A stretch of 64,000 bases of DNA from assembly GCA_964016885.1 (NCBI GenBank), contig OZ024740.1, forward strand, positions 440,820,001 to 440,884,000, written 5' to 3'. The DNA is from Eledone cirrhosa (Eukaryota). Each line of letters opens with the position of its first letter. Position 1 is the stretch's first letter. The position numbers were made by a program, and so were the translations under genes. Positions 41,880 through 57,563 of this stretch are shown piece by piece. Under the pieces are notes generated by a model. The model had not been told where the DNA came from. It searched no databases and saw nothing but the letters and a program-made list of their open reading frames with translations.

Positions 41880-41915
41880 CTTTTGAAAGGCAGAAGAACT
41901 GCGAAACCGGTAAAG
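41880..41915 (+). ncRNA. Minimal hammerhead, U3-A8 type (A9 mutated)
   Basis: ctt-TTGAAAG-gcag aagaa ctgc-GAAAC-cg-GTA-aag. Confidence 0.55.
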
Positions 41916-42045
41916 AAACCAAATAAATATATATATATTTTTTAAAATAAGACTCCAGGTACATTTTCGATTTCATCTTTTTTTCTTCATACTTTCACTC
42001 GTGTAGGACACCTCGGTTATTTTTCAATTTGTAAAAAAACCTCAC

Positions 42046-42088
<43 letters not shown>

Positions 42089-42089
<1 letters not shown>

Positions 42090-42153
42090 TTATCTGATGA
42101 AAACACAAATATTATTGCATGATGATGTTTGTTTTTGAAATGCGCATAATAAA
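42089..42153 (+). ncRNA. Type I hammerhead ribozyme in short TA-flanked insert
   Basis: tttat-CTGATGA-aaacacaaat...tgtttgttttt-GAAAT-gcgc-ATA-ataaa. Confidence 0.72.
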
Positions 42154-42174
42154 ATACATGGAACTCCTTTTGAT

Positions 42175-42231
<57 letters not shown>

Positions 42232-42401
42232 ATGTATATATATATATATTGTTATGCTTTGGGAGGTTCAGGTTGCCAATAAGAAACACACGCACCAATT
42301 GCTTTCACTTCAATTTATTATAAATTAAATTTATAAATTTAGGAATTTATAAATTTCCGGTTGGTTGGTTGGTTCCACAACCAGACGATTGTTCATATAT
42401 T

Positions 42402-42444
42402 GTCAAAGTTCTTTCGTCACACATTCTGTGACCTCTTCAGTGAC
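42402..42444 (-). ncRNA. Hammerhead-like motif in terminal repeat (mirror 46008-46050 has CCGAAGA)
   Basis: gtca-CTGAAGA-g-gtcaca gaatg tgtgac-GAAAgaactt-tgac. Confidence 0.6.
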
Positions 42445-42680
42445 TGCGGATTCTTTTCTTTGTTTTAGTGCCTCTCCTTTGTTCTGTCCTACGCCATCTT
42501 GTTTTTGTGTGTGTTGTGTGCTTAGTTTGCGCATGCGCCACATCCGGGTGTCTGTGTGTGTTTATATTTGTTTATTTATTTGTTTATTTACATGTTACCG
42601 GTTGGTTGTTTGTTCTATGTGTGTGTGTGTTTTCATGTTGTCCTTAATTGTAAGTTGTGATGTTGCTGTTCCATTCATGT

Positions 42681-43175
42681 TTAATTTTGTCGGAGTTTAT
42701 TTATGTTTATTGCCTCTGTGGTTTGTCTAAACATTGCGTCTTTTCTGTGTGTAGATTCTATTTTCATTTCTATGTTCTCTAATTTACCCTTATGCTCTAT
42801 TTTAGCTTGTTGGGGGAGTACAGATGATTCTTTACTATCTTGAAGCTCTCGCCAGTGTTCATTTATCCGTTCTCCTATACTATGAGCTGTCTCACCTATG
42901 TACACTATATTCTTATCTCTACAATATCCTTCAGTAAATCTTATGCTATATACTACATTTCTAGTGTTACAGTTAATATGGGGGCTTAGTTTACGGATTA
43001 TATATTTCTTATCTATACAGGGAGGTCTTTGAAAAGGGTATGTATGGCTAATAAGTGTTTTTATGGAGGTACTTGGTCTTTCTACTATCTTAATATTGAG
43101 TTTGAGTTTATGTTTAACTAGGTCCCTTCTAAATGTGTAAGCTAATTCACCTCTAGGGGTTGTATTGATGAACAT
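42681..43175 (-). pseudogene. PLE GIY-YIG endonuclease
   Basis: CNTRNVVYSI..YIGETAHSIGERINEH..RQTTEAINI. Confidence 0.88.
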
Positions 43176-43465
43176 TACACTCTGGTATTTATTGCTATCA
43201 TACCATGAGTTTATTCTATTAACCTTATTCCTAGTTCTTCTATTCTATTCCAAAATTTGCTCCTATGCTAGAGGCAGGTCCCATTTGTATCATTATTTAC
43301 CATTTTTTCAGAATTTGGTTCTGGCTCCTCTATAATCTCTGATTTTATCTCTCTGATAGTAACCAGAGAACTGCATACGGTGGATGAAGTGTTGTATGTG
43401 TCTCTATAGTTCTTTGGGGTTGCACATGCGGGACACGTTTCTCATCACCCGTACCAAATCCGCAA

Positions 43466-44623
43466 TCAGTATGTTGATTTTGGTATGGCCGAAACAGCTG
43501 AGTTTCGGTGGATCAGATATTTGGAAGCCATGGGTTTAGCATAATGGGAATGGAGGATTTGTTTTTTGTTATTAATGGTATCTAACCAGAGCTCTGTGTC
43601 TAGTACAGGTAATCGATGGTTGGGGTGTTTGCTTGGGTAGTCTATAGTAATTCTAATACTCTGGTGGATGGAGTTAGCTATTTTCTGGATGCTTTCCATG
43701 GTGTTTTTCTCTAATTCCTGACTGTTCTCTAGTGGGGGTGTCTTTACAACGTTGTTTATATCATCAACGTAGCGGGAATACATTATCAAGCTTAATAGGT
43801 TGCTGTCTTCTAATTGTTCTTTAAGTTTAAGTTTAAGTCTATTGTCCCACCATACCATGAATAGGTTAGCTATGTCACCTGCAATGCTAACACCAATGGC
43901 TGCTCCCTCCTCTTGGGCATATGTTTTTCCATTAAATTTAAACATATGTTCCATAAGGGTTAATTTTATACTGGCCCCCACCGCATGTGCAATCATTTTC
44001 TTTAGTTCATCGTGGTTTTCGGGGGTCCGTATGGCTCTGGTCCACCCGTTCCATCTATCTGTGTGGGTTTTCTTGGCCATTGAGGTAATGGTAGGTGGTC
44101 TGCCTCTCTCTTGCTGGTCTTGTAGGGCACAGGTTGTAAGGTCATATGTATCTAGATAATCATTACTGTAGGTAAGTTTAAGTAGGAGTCCCAGCTCACT
44201 GGTATCAATCCCACGGAATTCAACATTGCTCTCACTAATCACTTCTACGCATTTCTCCCCAGCAAAATACACGTCAATAGATGGATATAGGGACACAACA
44301 TCCATACTACCTATTATGAAGTTTGTTAGGTCCCTAGATCGGTTACTTTCGCCGATTCTGCTGAGGAGGTCCTCCGTGCTGTCACATATATCTGGGGACA
44401 TTTTAATGATGGGGCGTATGATCAGGGAGAGGAAGTAGGAAAGTCTGTAGTTACTAGCAATGTTAGCTCCACAGACTGGCCGTGTTGGTGGTCCTGTGAC
44501 AGGGTCACTGCTCGTTTTATGGTCTTTTCGAAGCCCATACAACGCTGGCACATCATTGTTCCAGGCCTGGAAGTTGTTGGCAGTCCTTTTGTTGGGCTGC
44601 ATTATGTTTGTCCACATCATCAT
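43466..44623 (-). pseudogene. PLE reverse transcriptase (frameshifted from flanking ORFs)
   Basis: PALYGLRKDHK, TRPV, SMDVVSLYPSI, GAAIG..IANLFM, RYVDDI, LPVLD. Confidence 0.92.
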
Positions 44624-46262
44624 ATGGCCATTGAGGGTTTTTTCCCTACCTCATGCTCTTGTGTTAGTGATGTGGGTTGCATTGCCTGGATGTAGTTTGA
44701 CAGACTGTAAACCGACATTCTGCCAGACTTGTCTGTTGGAAAGCATGAATATCTCCATTACGCGAGCGCTGCATGAGCTTACAAAAGCCATTTGCAGATT
44801 TTTTTCCCAGTTGCTGGGCCTCCATTCTATTTTTCTTTTTGATATACTGTTCTGTAATATTTCTAAGATTAGATCTAGCTATACTAAATTGTGCTTCCGT
44901 TTGTTCATCGACCTGCGACGGCAATTCCGTGCGTTTGTTAAAAGCTAAAGTCGTGGCGTGGACTCGTCGTAGGTCGAAGGACATATCGGAAGGATTATAA
45001 AACGTAGAGTTCCAGGCTGCTGCTTTATGAGTACTATTGCTATTGTTATTGTTAGTTGTGTTGTTTCTATTTCTATTTCCACCAACAGCCTCATGGTTGT
45101 TTCTATGTCTCTCATTATTACTCCTGTCTCTTTCCTCTGGCTCATTGTTATTATCTACTCTATTTTGTGTGTCTGTGTGTTCGTCCTGGTTATTTTCTCT
45201 GTCAGTATCGCTAGTCTCCCTTCTCCTTTCAATCCTATTACCTTCCCTTATTTCTGTGTTACTGTCATTACCTGTTTTCTGTGTCTGTGTGTTTGTTAAG
45301 ATTGTGGTGGTGGTGAGAGGCATAGAATATGTGTGTGTTGTTGTTGTTGTTGTGTGCTGTTGTTGATGTGTGTTGTTGTTGTCTCTGTGTATGTTATTAT
45401 TGTTGTGTTTGTTGTTATTGTTGTTTGTGTCTGTTGTTGTTGTTTCTGAGTATGTTATTATTGTTGATGTGTGTGTTGTTATCGTTGTTTGTGTCTGTGT
45501 CTGTTGTTGTTGGGATGTGTGTTGTATGTGTGTGTGTGCATATGCTGTTACTTTTGTTTTTGTTTTTGCTTTTGAGGCTCCAACGTAATTTTGTAAATGA
45601 TTTTTCTATTTCTGACAAGCATTTTATCATATTTACCTTATTATATGTGGCATATTTAGGTGGTAGCTGTAATATCGATAATTCATCACAGTCGACTGTA
45701 GTGTTGCCGTATATATTTGTGTTGTTGTTGTTGAATTCACCTGTTAATGAGATTTCGGCCATATTTATACCGTCAATTTTGTCGGGATACCTATCGATAT
45801 TCTCTAAAGTATCTTGATTTAGTTTCATCTGTTTGAGCCACCTTAGTTTCTTATTAAAGTGCTTGTCACATTCTTGAACAATGTACTTTTCTTCAAGACA
45901 TATAAGGTTTATAAATATTAATTATAATATAGCACACAACACACACAAAAACAAGATGGCGTAGGACAGAACAAAGGAGAGGCACAAAAACAAAGAAAAA
46001 ATCCCCAGTCACCGAAGAGGTCACAGAATGTGTGACGAAAGAACTTTGACAATATATGAACAATCGTCTGGTTGTGGAACCAACCAGCCAACCGGAAATT
46101 TATAAATTCCTAAATTTATAAATTTAATTTATAATAAATTGAAGTGAAAGCAACTGGTGCGTGTGTTTCTTATTGGCAACATGACTCTCCCAAAGCATAA
46201 CAATATCGGTTTCAACACACGTTTTCAGATAAAGAATCTTGCTAAACAAATTCAGAAACGAA

Positions 46263-47676
<1,414 letters not shown>

Positions 47677-47924
47677 GTATATATATATATGTATGTATAT
47701 ATGTATATATATATATATGTATGTATATATGTATATACGTATACATTTTTGTCTATATGTGTATATAATTATAATTATGGTTGTTTATATTATAAAGTTG
47801 TATGTATGTATATATGTGTGTGCGTGTTTATGTATATATACGAGTATTTTTAAGTGTGTACATATATATGTATGTGTCTGTCTCTCTCTCTTTATATATA
47901 TATATGTATGCGCATGTGGGTACG

Positions 47925-47999
<75 letters not shown>

Positions 48000-48493
48000 A
48001 ATATATTTCCCCCTTTCGTTGTCAACCCGTCCCTTTATGTCTTTTTTATATTTTGATTTTTTGATTTTATTTTTATTTTTATTTTTTGATTTTATTTATT
48101 TATATTTTTATTTATTTCCATATCTGTTCCCCTAGCTACCTCCCCAGTTAGATTTTATGCGTGTGTGTGCGCAGTGTTTTGTATATGTACGTATGTGATT
48201 TCATGCCTATACGTGTGTGTGCGATTATGTATCCGCATGCATGTGTGTATGTCTGTGTGTATATATATCTTTACGATTGCGTCTATGTGCACACTTAAGT
48301 GTAAGCGTGCGCGTGTGTATGAGCATATGTATGTCTGTGTATACGTGCGTGTATAGGCAGATGTGTGTATGTATACACATGTTTGTATGTGTTTGTGAGG
48401 TTATATATATGTGTATATATATATAAAGAAAAACAGATGAAATCGAAAATGCAACTGGAGTCTTATTTTTAAAAAAATATATATATTTGGTTC

Positions 48494-48529
48494 CTTTACC
48501 GGTTTCGCAGTTCTTCTGCTTTTCAAAAG
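48494..48529 (-). ncRNA. Minimal hammerhead, U3-A8 variant, within a copy of the 41860-41980 repeat
   Basis: ctt-TTGAAAA-gcag aagaa ctgc-GAAAC-cg-GTA-aag. Confidence 0.68.
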
Positions 48530-48564
48530 TAGAGTTGAGATGGAGAGTCTGTGGTTTTTCTCAC

Positions 48565-48612
<48 letters not shown>

Positions 48613-48978
48613 GTGTATATATATGTGTGTGTATGTGTAGATATATATATATATTTATATGTGTATGTATGGAGAGATGTGTGTATTTATACGTCAATAT
48701 TGAGTACGTGTGTGTTTGTGTGCCTGTGTGCGCGCATATGTGAGCAAAAGATCGCACGTATATGTGTATATTTGCATTGCCATGTAGACGCACATATACT
48801 TATGTGTGAATGTATAAGTTTACGTACTATTACGTATATGCGTGAGTTTGTGTATGTTTATGTATTTGGATATTTATATATTTTTTCTCCTCAATTTATG
48901 CCCGTAATTTTATTTCAATGTCACTTTCATTATCCTAAACTCTGTTTTCAAATCCATATCCCATTCAATAATAAACTT

Positions 48979-49036
48979 ATTCTGATGAATGAAGACAGAC
49001 TTAAGTGTCAAGCTCTTCAAGAAACCATTGGTAAAT
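48979..49036 (+). ncRNA. Type I hammerhead ribozyme
   Basis: att-CTGATGA-atgaaga..tcttcaa-GAAAC-cattg-GTA-aat. Confidence 0.7.
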
Positions 49037-50284
49037 TAATTAATTATCTTATGTTGTTTATTACATAACTATATATATATGCATATATATTTGCGTATAA
49101 TACCAATATGCACACTACATGTGCCACGAGAAAACCGCGGTTTTTCTACTAGTAACTATAATCACGCAAACACAAACTTATAAAAATACACACTCACGGA
49201 CATAATTCACATAAACATACATACATTCACAGAAATATACATACATTCTCACATACTTTCACACAAACATACATACATTCACACATATACATTTACACAA
49301 ACACACATATACAGTCATGATAGCGTTCGGTTTATTTGGAAATGGGAGGGTAAAACAAGTATAACGTTTTATTTATCTACTAACTCTTTATTTATTTATT
49401 TACTCTTTTTTTTAACTCATGTAATATAGCTAGCAGAAAAACCACCCTTCGAGTGGTTTCCTGCTAGCATGTGTAGTGTGTATATTGATATTATACGCAG
49501 GTATATATACATGTAGATATGATACATCAAATAAAACCGTAATTGACAATATACACAGAAATTGAACGAAGACTGCGTTACACTGTCTTATGTAATCAGT
49601 ATCGTAATCCATGATACATTAAAAAATGTCGATATTATCTATAAACTGCATTAGGTGAAAATTAGTGACAGAAATATATGAGTATTTATTTAAACAATCG
49701 CTAACCGGAAGTGTTGACATTTGAAAATTTTAAAGAAGTGAATCTTTAAATAAGTAGTAAAATATATTTAATGAACAGCCACGAAATTTAGTAGATAAAT
49801 TATGTAATATTCATTCATTATTTATTCAAAGTAATCCAACTTATTTTACTAAGGGAATAACAAATGATAAACCGTACGCAGTTCCGCGCTTCTTACTTTA
49901 TTATAGTTTAGATGGTTACAGAACGAAAACACTAATAAATATAATATATACAAAGGAAAGAGAAAGGAAGAAAAGGAAGAAAAGATACACAAGCAGGTAA
50001 TACATACATCTTAGACCACAGAACAATATGCCAGCGAAAGAGTGGGAAAACGAGCCGCTAACAGAGAAAAGATAGCAATATAGCGAGGAGCAGTGGGAAA
50101 CCTCTCTAATAATTTTTGAGGCAAGCCAGCACATTCGCAGCGTTACCTGGGGTGATGGCGAACCTGAGATGTTTCAAGATGCACACTACATATGCTAGCA
50201 GAAAACCGCCTGGGGGCGGTTTTTCTGCTAGTATTACTAATATCTCTAGGAAAGCCATGAACGACACATCTTTTTAACTTTGAC

Positions 50285-50810
50285 TTTGAAAGTAGGTTTA
50301 TAATTATCAATTTTCATTATACTTTTGTAGCTGTCACGGTGACCTAGTTGGAGGAATCATAGACCGATAGTGATTCTTATCTGAAGTTCGATCCTGGTCG
50401 GGAGTAGTGTTCCCAGTAAACCTTTTCAGTTTTTTCTCCATGGGTTGTGAAATAAAAACGGAAAAGGACTACATGTACTTCTTGACCAGGATTGAATCCA
50501 AGACCAGCATCTTCACTCTCTCTAGTACCTACCGCTACGGCACAGAGACAACTACGAAAGACTTATGCAAATTCATACTTATAAACCTATTTTCAAAATT
50601 TTCAAAATAAATTTTTTGTTTCGTTCATGTCTTTCTTAATGTTATCGCTCCTACTTAAGGTCGACTTCTAAATTATTTGGGTGTTCCATAAACTAAATCC
50701 TCGTTTTGATTCTGATCTATCTATACTATATTTTATCCTGTAATCTATGTTTCATTTCTGTTCCACCTAATTTCTTCCCCTCCATCATCACTAATTGATT
50801 TGACAGACGT
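50285..50810. repeat. Dispersed repeat containing convergent tRNA-like halves (paralog 53380-53907)
   Basis: tttgaaagtaggtttataa ... ttataaacctattttcaaaa inverted ends around tRNA-like A/B-box segments. Confidence 0.7.
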
Positions 50811-51018
50811 CTTTAACCAATTGATACCAAATATTATTTGGTCAGTAGTTTGTGTGTAGCCATTGGGCAACCTGGCAACCAGGCCAGTCCGCCACTACAT
50901 ACAGACATAAAACATCATATAACAATCTAGCTATTTACATTTCTCTCTTTCTAAACAAACAAATGAAAAGCTGTAGATAATTTTAAAAGATCAATTTAAA
51001 GACGGGTATTCTAAGTCT

Positions 51019-51100
51019 GCTGTGGTGGCCGAGTGGTTAAGGCGTTGGACTTGAAATCCAATGGGCGTTACCCGCGCAGTTTAGAATCCTGCCCCCAGCG
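51019..51100 (+). tRNA. tRNA-Ser(TGA), probably pseudogene
   Basis: gctgtggtggccgagtggttaaggcgttggactTGAaatccaatggg..cccgcgcagtttagaatcctgcccccagcg; T-loop TTCGA>TTAGA, one acceptor mismatch; downstream T-run. Confidence 0.8.
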
Positions 51101-52138
51101 AAATGTATTTTATTTTTCTTCTTTACAAATTAGATATTAACTTTCCAACTCAGATCTAGAATGTTGTTTTTCTTATCTTCTACAGTTTCTCTAAAGTTTA
51201 TAATTAAACATCCATCTTACCAAGTTATATAGAACATAATATTATGCTATTTAATTCTATTATCTACTACAGATATATATATTCGTTTCATTTCTTGAAT
51301 TTTGCACTGTTATCCCGTCTTCATTTTGTTTTTATAAAACAATAATTATAAAAATATAATTAGACAACATTAATCTTACCATTCTACTTAGTGAGATGTG
51401 TATAACAGAATATTGGAATTTCTGGATCTCTGGCAGACATTTCAGGAAGAAATTAAGAGCTCTACTAAGGAGAACAGTTATTTCTTAAGAAATAATAAGA
51501 CTCAGATAATACCATTACACCATCTTTTCTGGTGGCACCAATTGTCACATAGTTCGTTACCTGATGATTGTACATGCTACCTCCATTCTACCTCCATTCT
51601 ACCTCCATTCTCTATTATTTCTCTTCAGTGGTGGTCACATATGGTACTCTGTCATCTCCCACTTTTACTGACGTAGACAGATGGACAGAGAGAGAAGGTT
51701 TTACTATCGATTTCTTTCTGGGGTGAAAGAGAGAGAGAAAGAGAGGAGAACGAGGGAACGAAAGGGAAGGAAATAATCGACCACAGTAGTGGACTAATAC
51801 TTTATTTATCAACCAAGAAGAGATGAAAGGTAAAGTGATGAAAGGTAAATTGTAGCTCAGAGGGAAGTGGGCCGGACCAAATATCTAGATATTTTAATCC
51901 GGTGCTCAAACAACTCTGTCAAACAACTTCCACATTGTGGAGAGTAGAAAATGGAAGTCGGTAGAATTATGTAAAATGGAAGACATGAAACTAAGAGAAA
52001 ACTGTAGAAGAGAATTAATAAGAATTAAGGTTTTATATGTATTGGGTAGGTGGAAGGTTAATTGTCAAGATGATGAGAAACTGTAGAATATAAAACAAAA
52101 TATATAATTAAAATATATATAAAAGTAATACAAAGAAA

Positions 52139-52220
52139 AAGCAGCGGCAGGATTTGAACCTACGCGGGTATTGCTCATGGGATTTCGAGCCCAACGCCTT
52201 AACCACTCGGCCACCACAGC
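52139..52220 (-). pseudogene. tRNA-Ser(CGA) pseudogene
   Basis: Paralog of 29373-29454. Confidence 0.8.
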
Positions 52221-53086
52221 AGTCACATTCAGCTATCTTTAAAGTAAACTTTAAAACCTCAGTATCAGGTGTCATGGTTCTCCAGTTAATATCAAAGATC
52301 CGACCAATGTACTTTTGGTGGAACCTTTCAAGTATCTTGTGTGGTCCATGATTATCAACCATACAACAAAACTGGAAACACACCTTTCCACTAATTTTCC
52401 AAATGAAGTACTTGACTTCTCTACTAAAACATATATTTCTGCATCTGAGCACCAGACCCTTGATAGAGTACTACCCTGATACACGAACACATCCACCACC
52501 ACCAAACTAGTCACAATCACATAGATATCTAACACCACGTAAGGTTCTACTGGTGCTAGGGTGTACATCACCTTGGTCTTAGTTAAACTTACATATATAC
52601 ATACATACATATATACATGGTGGCTGCCAACTCGTTTACGAGTACGGCCACTACTTTATATCCATGTAGGAGAACCCCTACCGGTGCGCTGAACAAGTGT
52701 GTCTTTTTAGTCCAGCCAGCGACTTGAAAACTCCGGTACAAACACTACACTTGTGACAATTACTGACACAGTGCTGGGCCCATGGTACCATGTGACAAGT
52801 GCAGAGAGATCTCCGGATATAAAGCAATGCCTGTGCCGTGAAGCTTTTATAGTGAGCAAAGGCACTGCACAAAGCCAGTCCCACTCTCTTAACCAAGATG
52901 ATATTTACCAAAAAGAAGAACAAGTCAACATCATTGGATACCATCAGGGTTGCAGGTGTTATATCGGAGTTTTCCTTCTCCTAGAATTCTGCCTTGTCAA
53001 AGGCTAAGGAGTCATCTCTCCCGGTGATTTTGGATGGCCATTGACTCTTAAGAGCTCCTTTGCCCTTTGACAGGTTTTGTTTTTAG

Positions 53087-53162
53087 TCCTGCAGGATGTC
53101 CAAAGTCACCCTCCTCTCCAAGAAACCTTGGTGAGGAGGGTGACTTTGGACATCCTGCAGGA
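53087..53162. other. 36-bp-arm hairpin with 4-nt loop
   Basis: tcctgcaggatgtccaaagtcaccctcctctccaag-aaac-cttggtgaggagggtgactttggacatcctgcagga; one mismatch. Confidence 0.95.
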
Positions 53163-54020
53163 TATACATACATACATACATACATACATACATACATACA
53201 TACATACATACATACATACATACATACATACATACAAACATACACTGGCGGAGTGATCTAAAGATATTGATTCCCAGGAGATGAAGGGGGCCCACCTACA
53301 TATAGAATGCTATCATTTAATTTTTATAATGAATAAATAACATATCGAAAAATAAGTGGAAACAAAACAGTAACTTTGATTTTGAAAGTAGGTTTATAAT
53401 TATCAATTTTCATTATACTTTTGTAGCTCTCTCTGTGGCTTAGTCGGAGAAATCCTAGACGTTGGTGATCCTGGTCTGGCGTTCGAACCTGGTCGGGAGT
53501 AGGGTTCCCAGTAAACCTTTTCAGTTTTTTTTTCTATGGGTTGTAAAATAAAAACTGAAAAAAGAATACATGTAACTCTTGACCAGGATTGAACCCAAGG
53601 ACAGGATCTCTACGGGCTCTAGTACTTACCGCTAGGCCACAGAGACAACTACGAACATCTTACGAAAATTCATACTTATAAACCTACTTTTAAAATGTTC
53701 AAACCGAAGTGTTGTGGTTTCGTTCATGACTTTCTTAATGTTATTGCTTCTACTTAAAGTCGACCTCTAAATCATTTGGGTGTTCCAAAAACTACATCCT
53801 CGTTTTGTTTCTCATCTGTCTAGACTATATTTTAACCTGTAATCCATGTTTCATTTCTGTTCCACCTAATTTCTCCCCCTCCATCATTACTAATTGATTT
53901 GACAGATGTTAGATCACGTTGTGATATTTACCTCAGATGACGTATCACGTGATACATCAGGTTTATTTGTGATTGGCTGATATGTCTTTATATACCCCCA
54001 GTGATCCATATCGTATTGTG

Positions 54021-54272
54021 AAGGCGCGTGACGTTGTGGTCAGGTTATTTCATTTCCAGCGGCGCCTTGTGTCCTTGAGGGAAACATTTTATTTCACGTT
54101 TCTCTGAAGGGCCGGCCGTGTCACATTCTGTGTCACACTGTATCTCCCTGAGAACTTCTTTAATGGTACACGTGCATGTGGAATGCTCAGCCACTTCCAC
54201 GTTGACTCCACGAGCAAGCTGTTCCGTTGATTGTATCAACTGGAACACTCCTCGTCGTAACCGACGGAGTAT
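54021..54272 (+). mobile_element. Internally deleted tRNA-derived SINE
   Basis: aggcgcgtgacgttgtgg head followed by gtgtccttgaggg..atttcacgtt SINE-like core. Confidence 0.5.
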
Positions 54273-55407
54273 CATTTTATCGTCTAGTTCAAATGGTTCA
54301 AATGTTTTTATATTTCAGTAAGAATTTCATTGGTTCCTGCCTCAAACTAAAAACTTATTTCAATATTTTGTATTTCTTTGACTAGAATCGTAAAGAGGAT
54401 GAACGACACAACATCGCACATTCCCTGGTCTCATGTAAAGACAATCATATCTTACCAATAAAACTGTTCTAATATTTATGTAACGATTGCTATAAAGAAA
54501 CATGTAATATTACTGAAAGCTTACTCTGTGGTCTAATTTCCATTTATATTTCATGTCAGTGACATCGCTTGCGCGCTCTAGGACGGCAGAAACCTTACAC
54601 ATTCTCATTTTTCCTTCCTTTGCTGTATAAAGCTGTAAGAAAAATCAATAAGTTTTTTTTTCTTTTGATAATTTAGTTGTTTTCTTGGGATATGAGAACT
54701 TCCTTTTGGCCTCCTGTGGCGTTAGGAACATTGCAAGACCTGTGTTGTTTTCGAAAAAAAAACCAAAGATATTCATATTTTTTTTTCTTCAGCTGTGTAG
54801 AGGTAAAGAAATATATTTTAGAATTATCTTTCAAAACAATAAAAGATATCCCTCACCCCAGCGTCGATCAGTTAAAACACCAACCATTTCCTTGTGGAGA
54901 AAAGAAATATCGATAAATTCAAAATGTCATGAATCAGCAGCAATTTCTGACGGAATTCCACTAAGATTATTGTGAATGTTTGGGAAATGTTTTGTATTCT
55001 CGAGAAGTTTATGTTGTATACCACTTCTGGTGTCCCCGGATGTGGCAAATGTTTCTTCTAGTAAGAAAGAGAAACCTACTTTGATAACGATCTCGACTCT
55101 AAAGCCAACTATAATATAACGAAATGAAAAAAAATATATTCAGCTTTTCATTGTAGGGAATATATCAGCAAGTTGTATAAAATGTCGTAATTTTAATAGA
55201 TAAAATAGAAAGAATACATAAGTTTATCATGCCGCATTGTAGTTTCATACAAAATACAAACCATTCAAACAATGACTTTCTGTTCACGTCAGCTTTTCTA
55301 GTTTAAAATGGTGTTGTAATTTTACGCCAGTCATTTCCGACAAATGAATATACGTTTACACACTTACATCCACCCACACACCCATATATATATATGTATA
55401 TATATAT

Positions 55408-56362
<955 letters not shown>

Positions 56363-56370
56363 CCAGTAAG

Positions 56371-56464
56371 ACCCCGACAGCTGAGCTCAAGCCGTTTCGA
56401 CGGCTAATTCTGGACTAAATGAAAATTTATCCTGGTATTTAAATAGCCGATCTTCTCAAGGGGT
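56371..56464 (-). ncRNA. Hammerhead ribozyme, U3-A8 variant
   Basis: acccc-TTGAGAA-gatcggcta...tagccgtc-GAAA-cggcttgagctcagctg-TC-ggggt. Confidence 0.8.
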
Positions 56465-57563
56465 AATTCCATATATGGTCAAAGTGATTGTCAAAAATCA
56501 GTAGTAATTCTGTGGTTGCAAATTAGTAGGGGAGATGGTGGCTAAACCTGCCAGTAGGAGAAAGAGGGGAGGGGTGGAGTAGACCCAATCAAGCGTTGGT
56601 AGTGCCAGCTACAGCTGGGCATGAGGTCAAAGAAGATACAGGGGAGGGGGAGGGGGAGGAAGTCGGAACGGTAGGTAGAACAATGGGGGGTAGAAATATA
56701 TAGGAAAGAAAAAATACTGAGAGTGAAGAAAAGCAAATAAGTGTAAAGAAAAAAGTAAAGTAAATTAAATTCTACGACCTAGGTCTCTAGCTATTGTTAG
56801 GCTAGAATAAATAAATAAATAAAGAAAGAAAGAAGTAAAGAAAGAAATAAAGAAATAACGAAATAAGTAAAAGAACTAGGTGGGACGGATTAGGCAAGGA
56901 CCCTTTTAAGAGGTATAAGTACGTAAATGATACGGTGACGGGTCAACAAAAGGGGCCAAAATACTAAAGAGACTACCACGAAATAAACAATAAAGGTTTC
57001 CATCCCGGGCACAATGCCAGCAACCACCCAGTGCAGCAAAGTGAACTTGTACGAGATAATAATTCTGAGTCCCGAGAAAAATATATACTAATGCTAACTC
57101 TAAAAGATCTAAAACAAGCTACATGAAACTTCGTACGAAGCAAAGGTAGAATACGGAAAAATAAATTCAGAATCCACCCCGCCCAAAAGAAAGCGAAGAA
57201 AGAAATACTGAAACGAAAAAATAAGGCATAAGTGCCACTAAGAAATATAGAGGGCACAGAGAATAGTGGGAGCGGTCGGAAAAAGGGGACAAGTATCCGG
57301 GGTCTAAACCAACTGCTATAAAGGGCGGAGTCCGCCAAATCTATCATAGACTAGGGGAGGGGGTGGGGGTACTAAGGCTACAAGGGGCCAAAGGGCAGCC
57401 TCGGGTGGGCGAGAAAAGACGCCGACAAAGGAGAAGAGCTGGGGTAGAAGGACTAAGGAGAGAGGGGGGAAGGAAATAAAGGAAGCGATAAAAGAATACA
57501 AAGAAGATCTTACGTCTCCCTTGGTAAGCAGGGTTACCCATTGCAAAATCGGCAAGTGGGGTG

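Larger units (their letters stand above)
39203..42050 (+). mobile_element. PLE 3' half (RT thumb end, GIY-YIG, long UTR), interrupted by family C insertion
   Basis: YPPLLI..., CGTC, LTCSSKNLLYAIKCKGCKEDYIGQT..RMTVH; the frame resumes as KENMFIQKYRPALN at 40909. Confidence 0.85.
52082..53370. repeat. Segmental duplicate of 29312-30372 + 36235-36430
   Basis: Colinear, near-identical sequence, lacking the 5.8-kb LINE pair. Confidence 0.9.
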
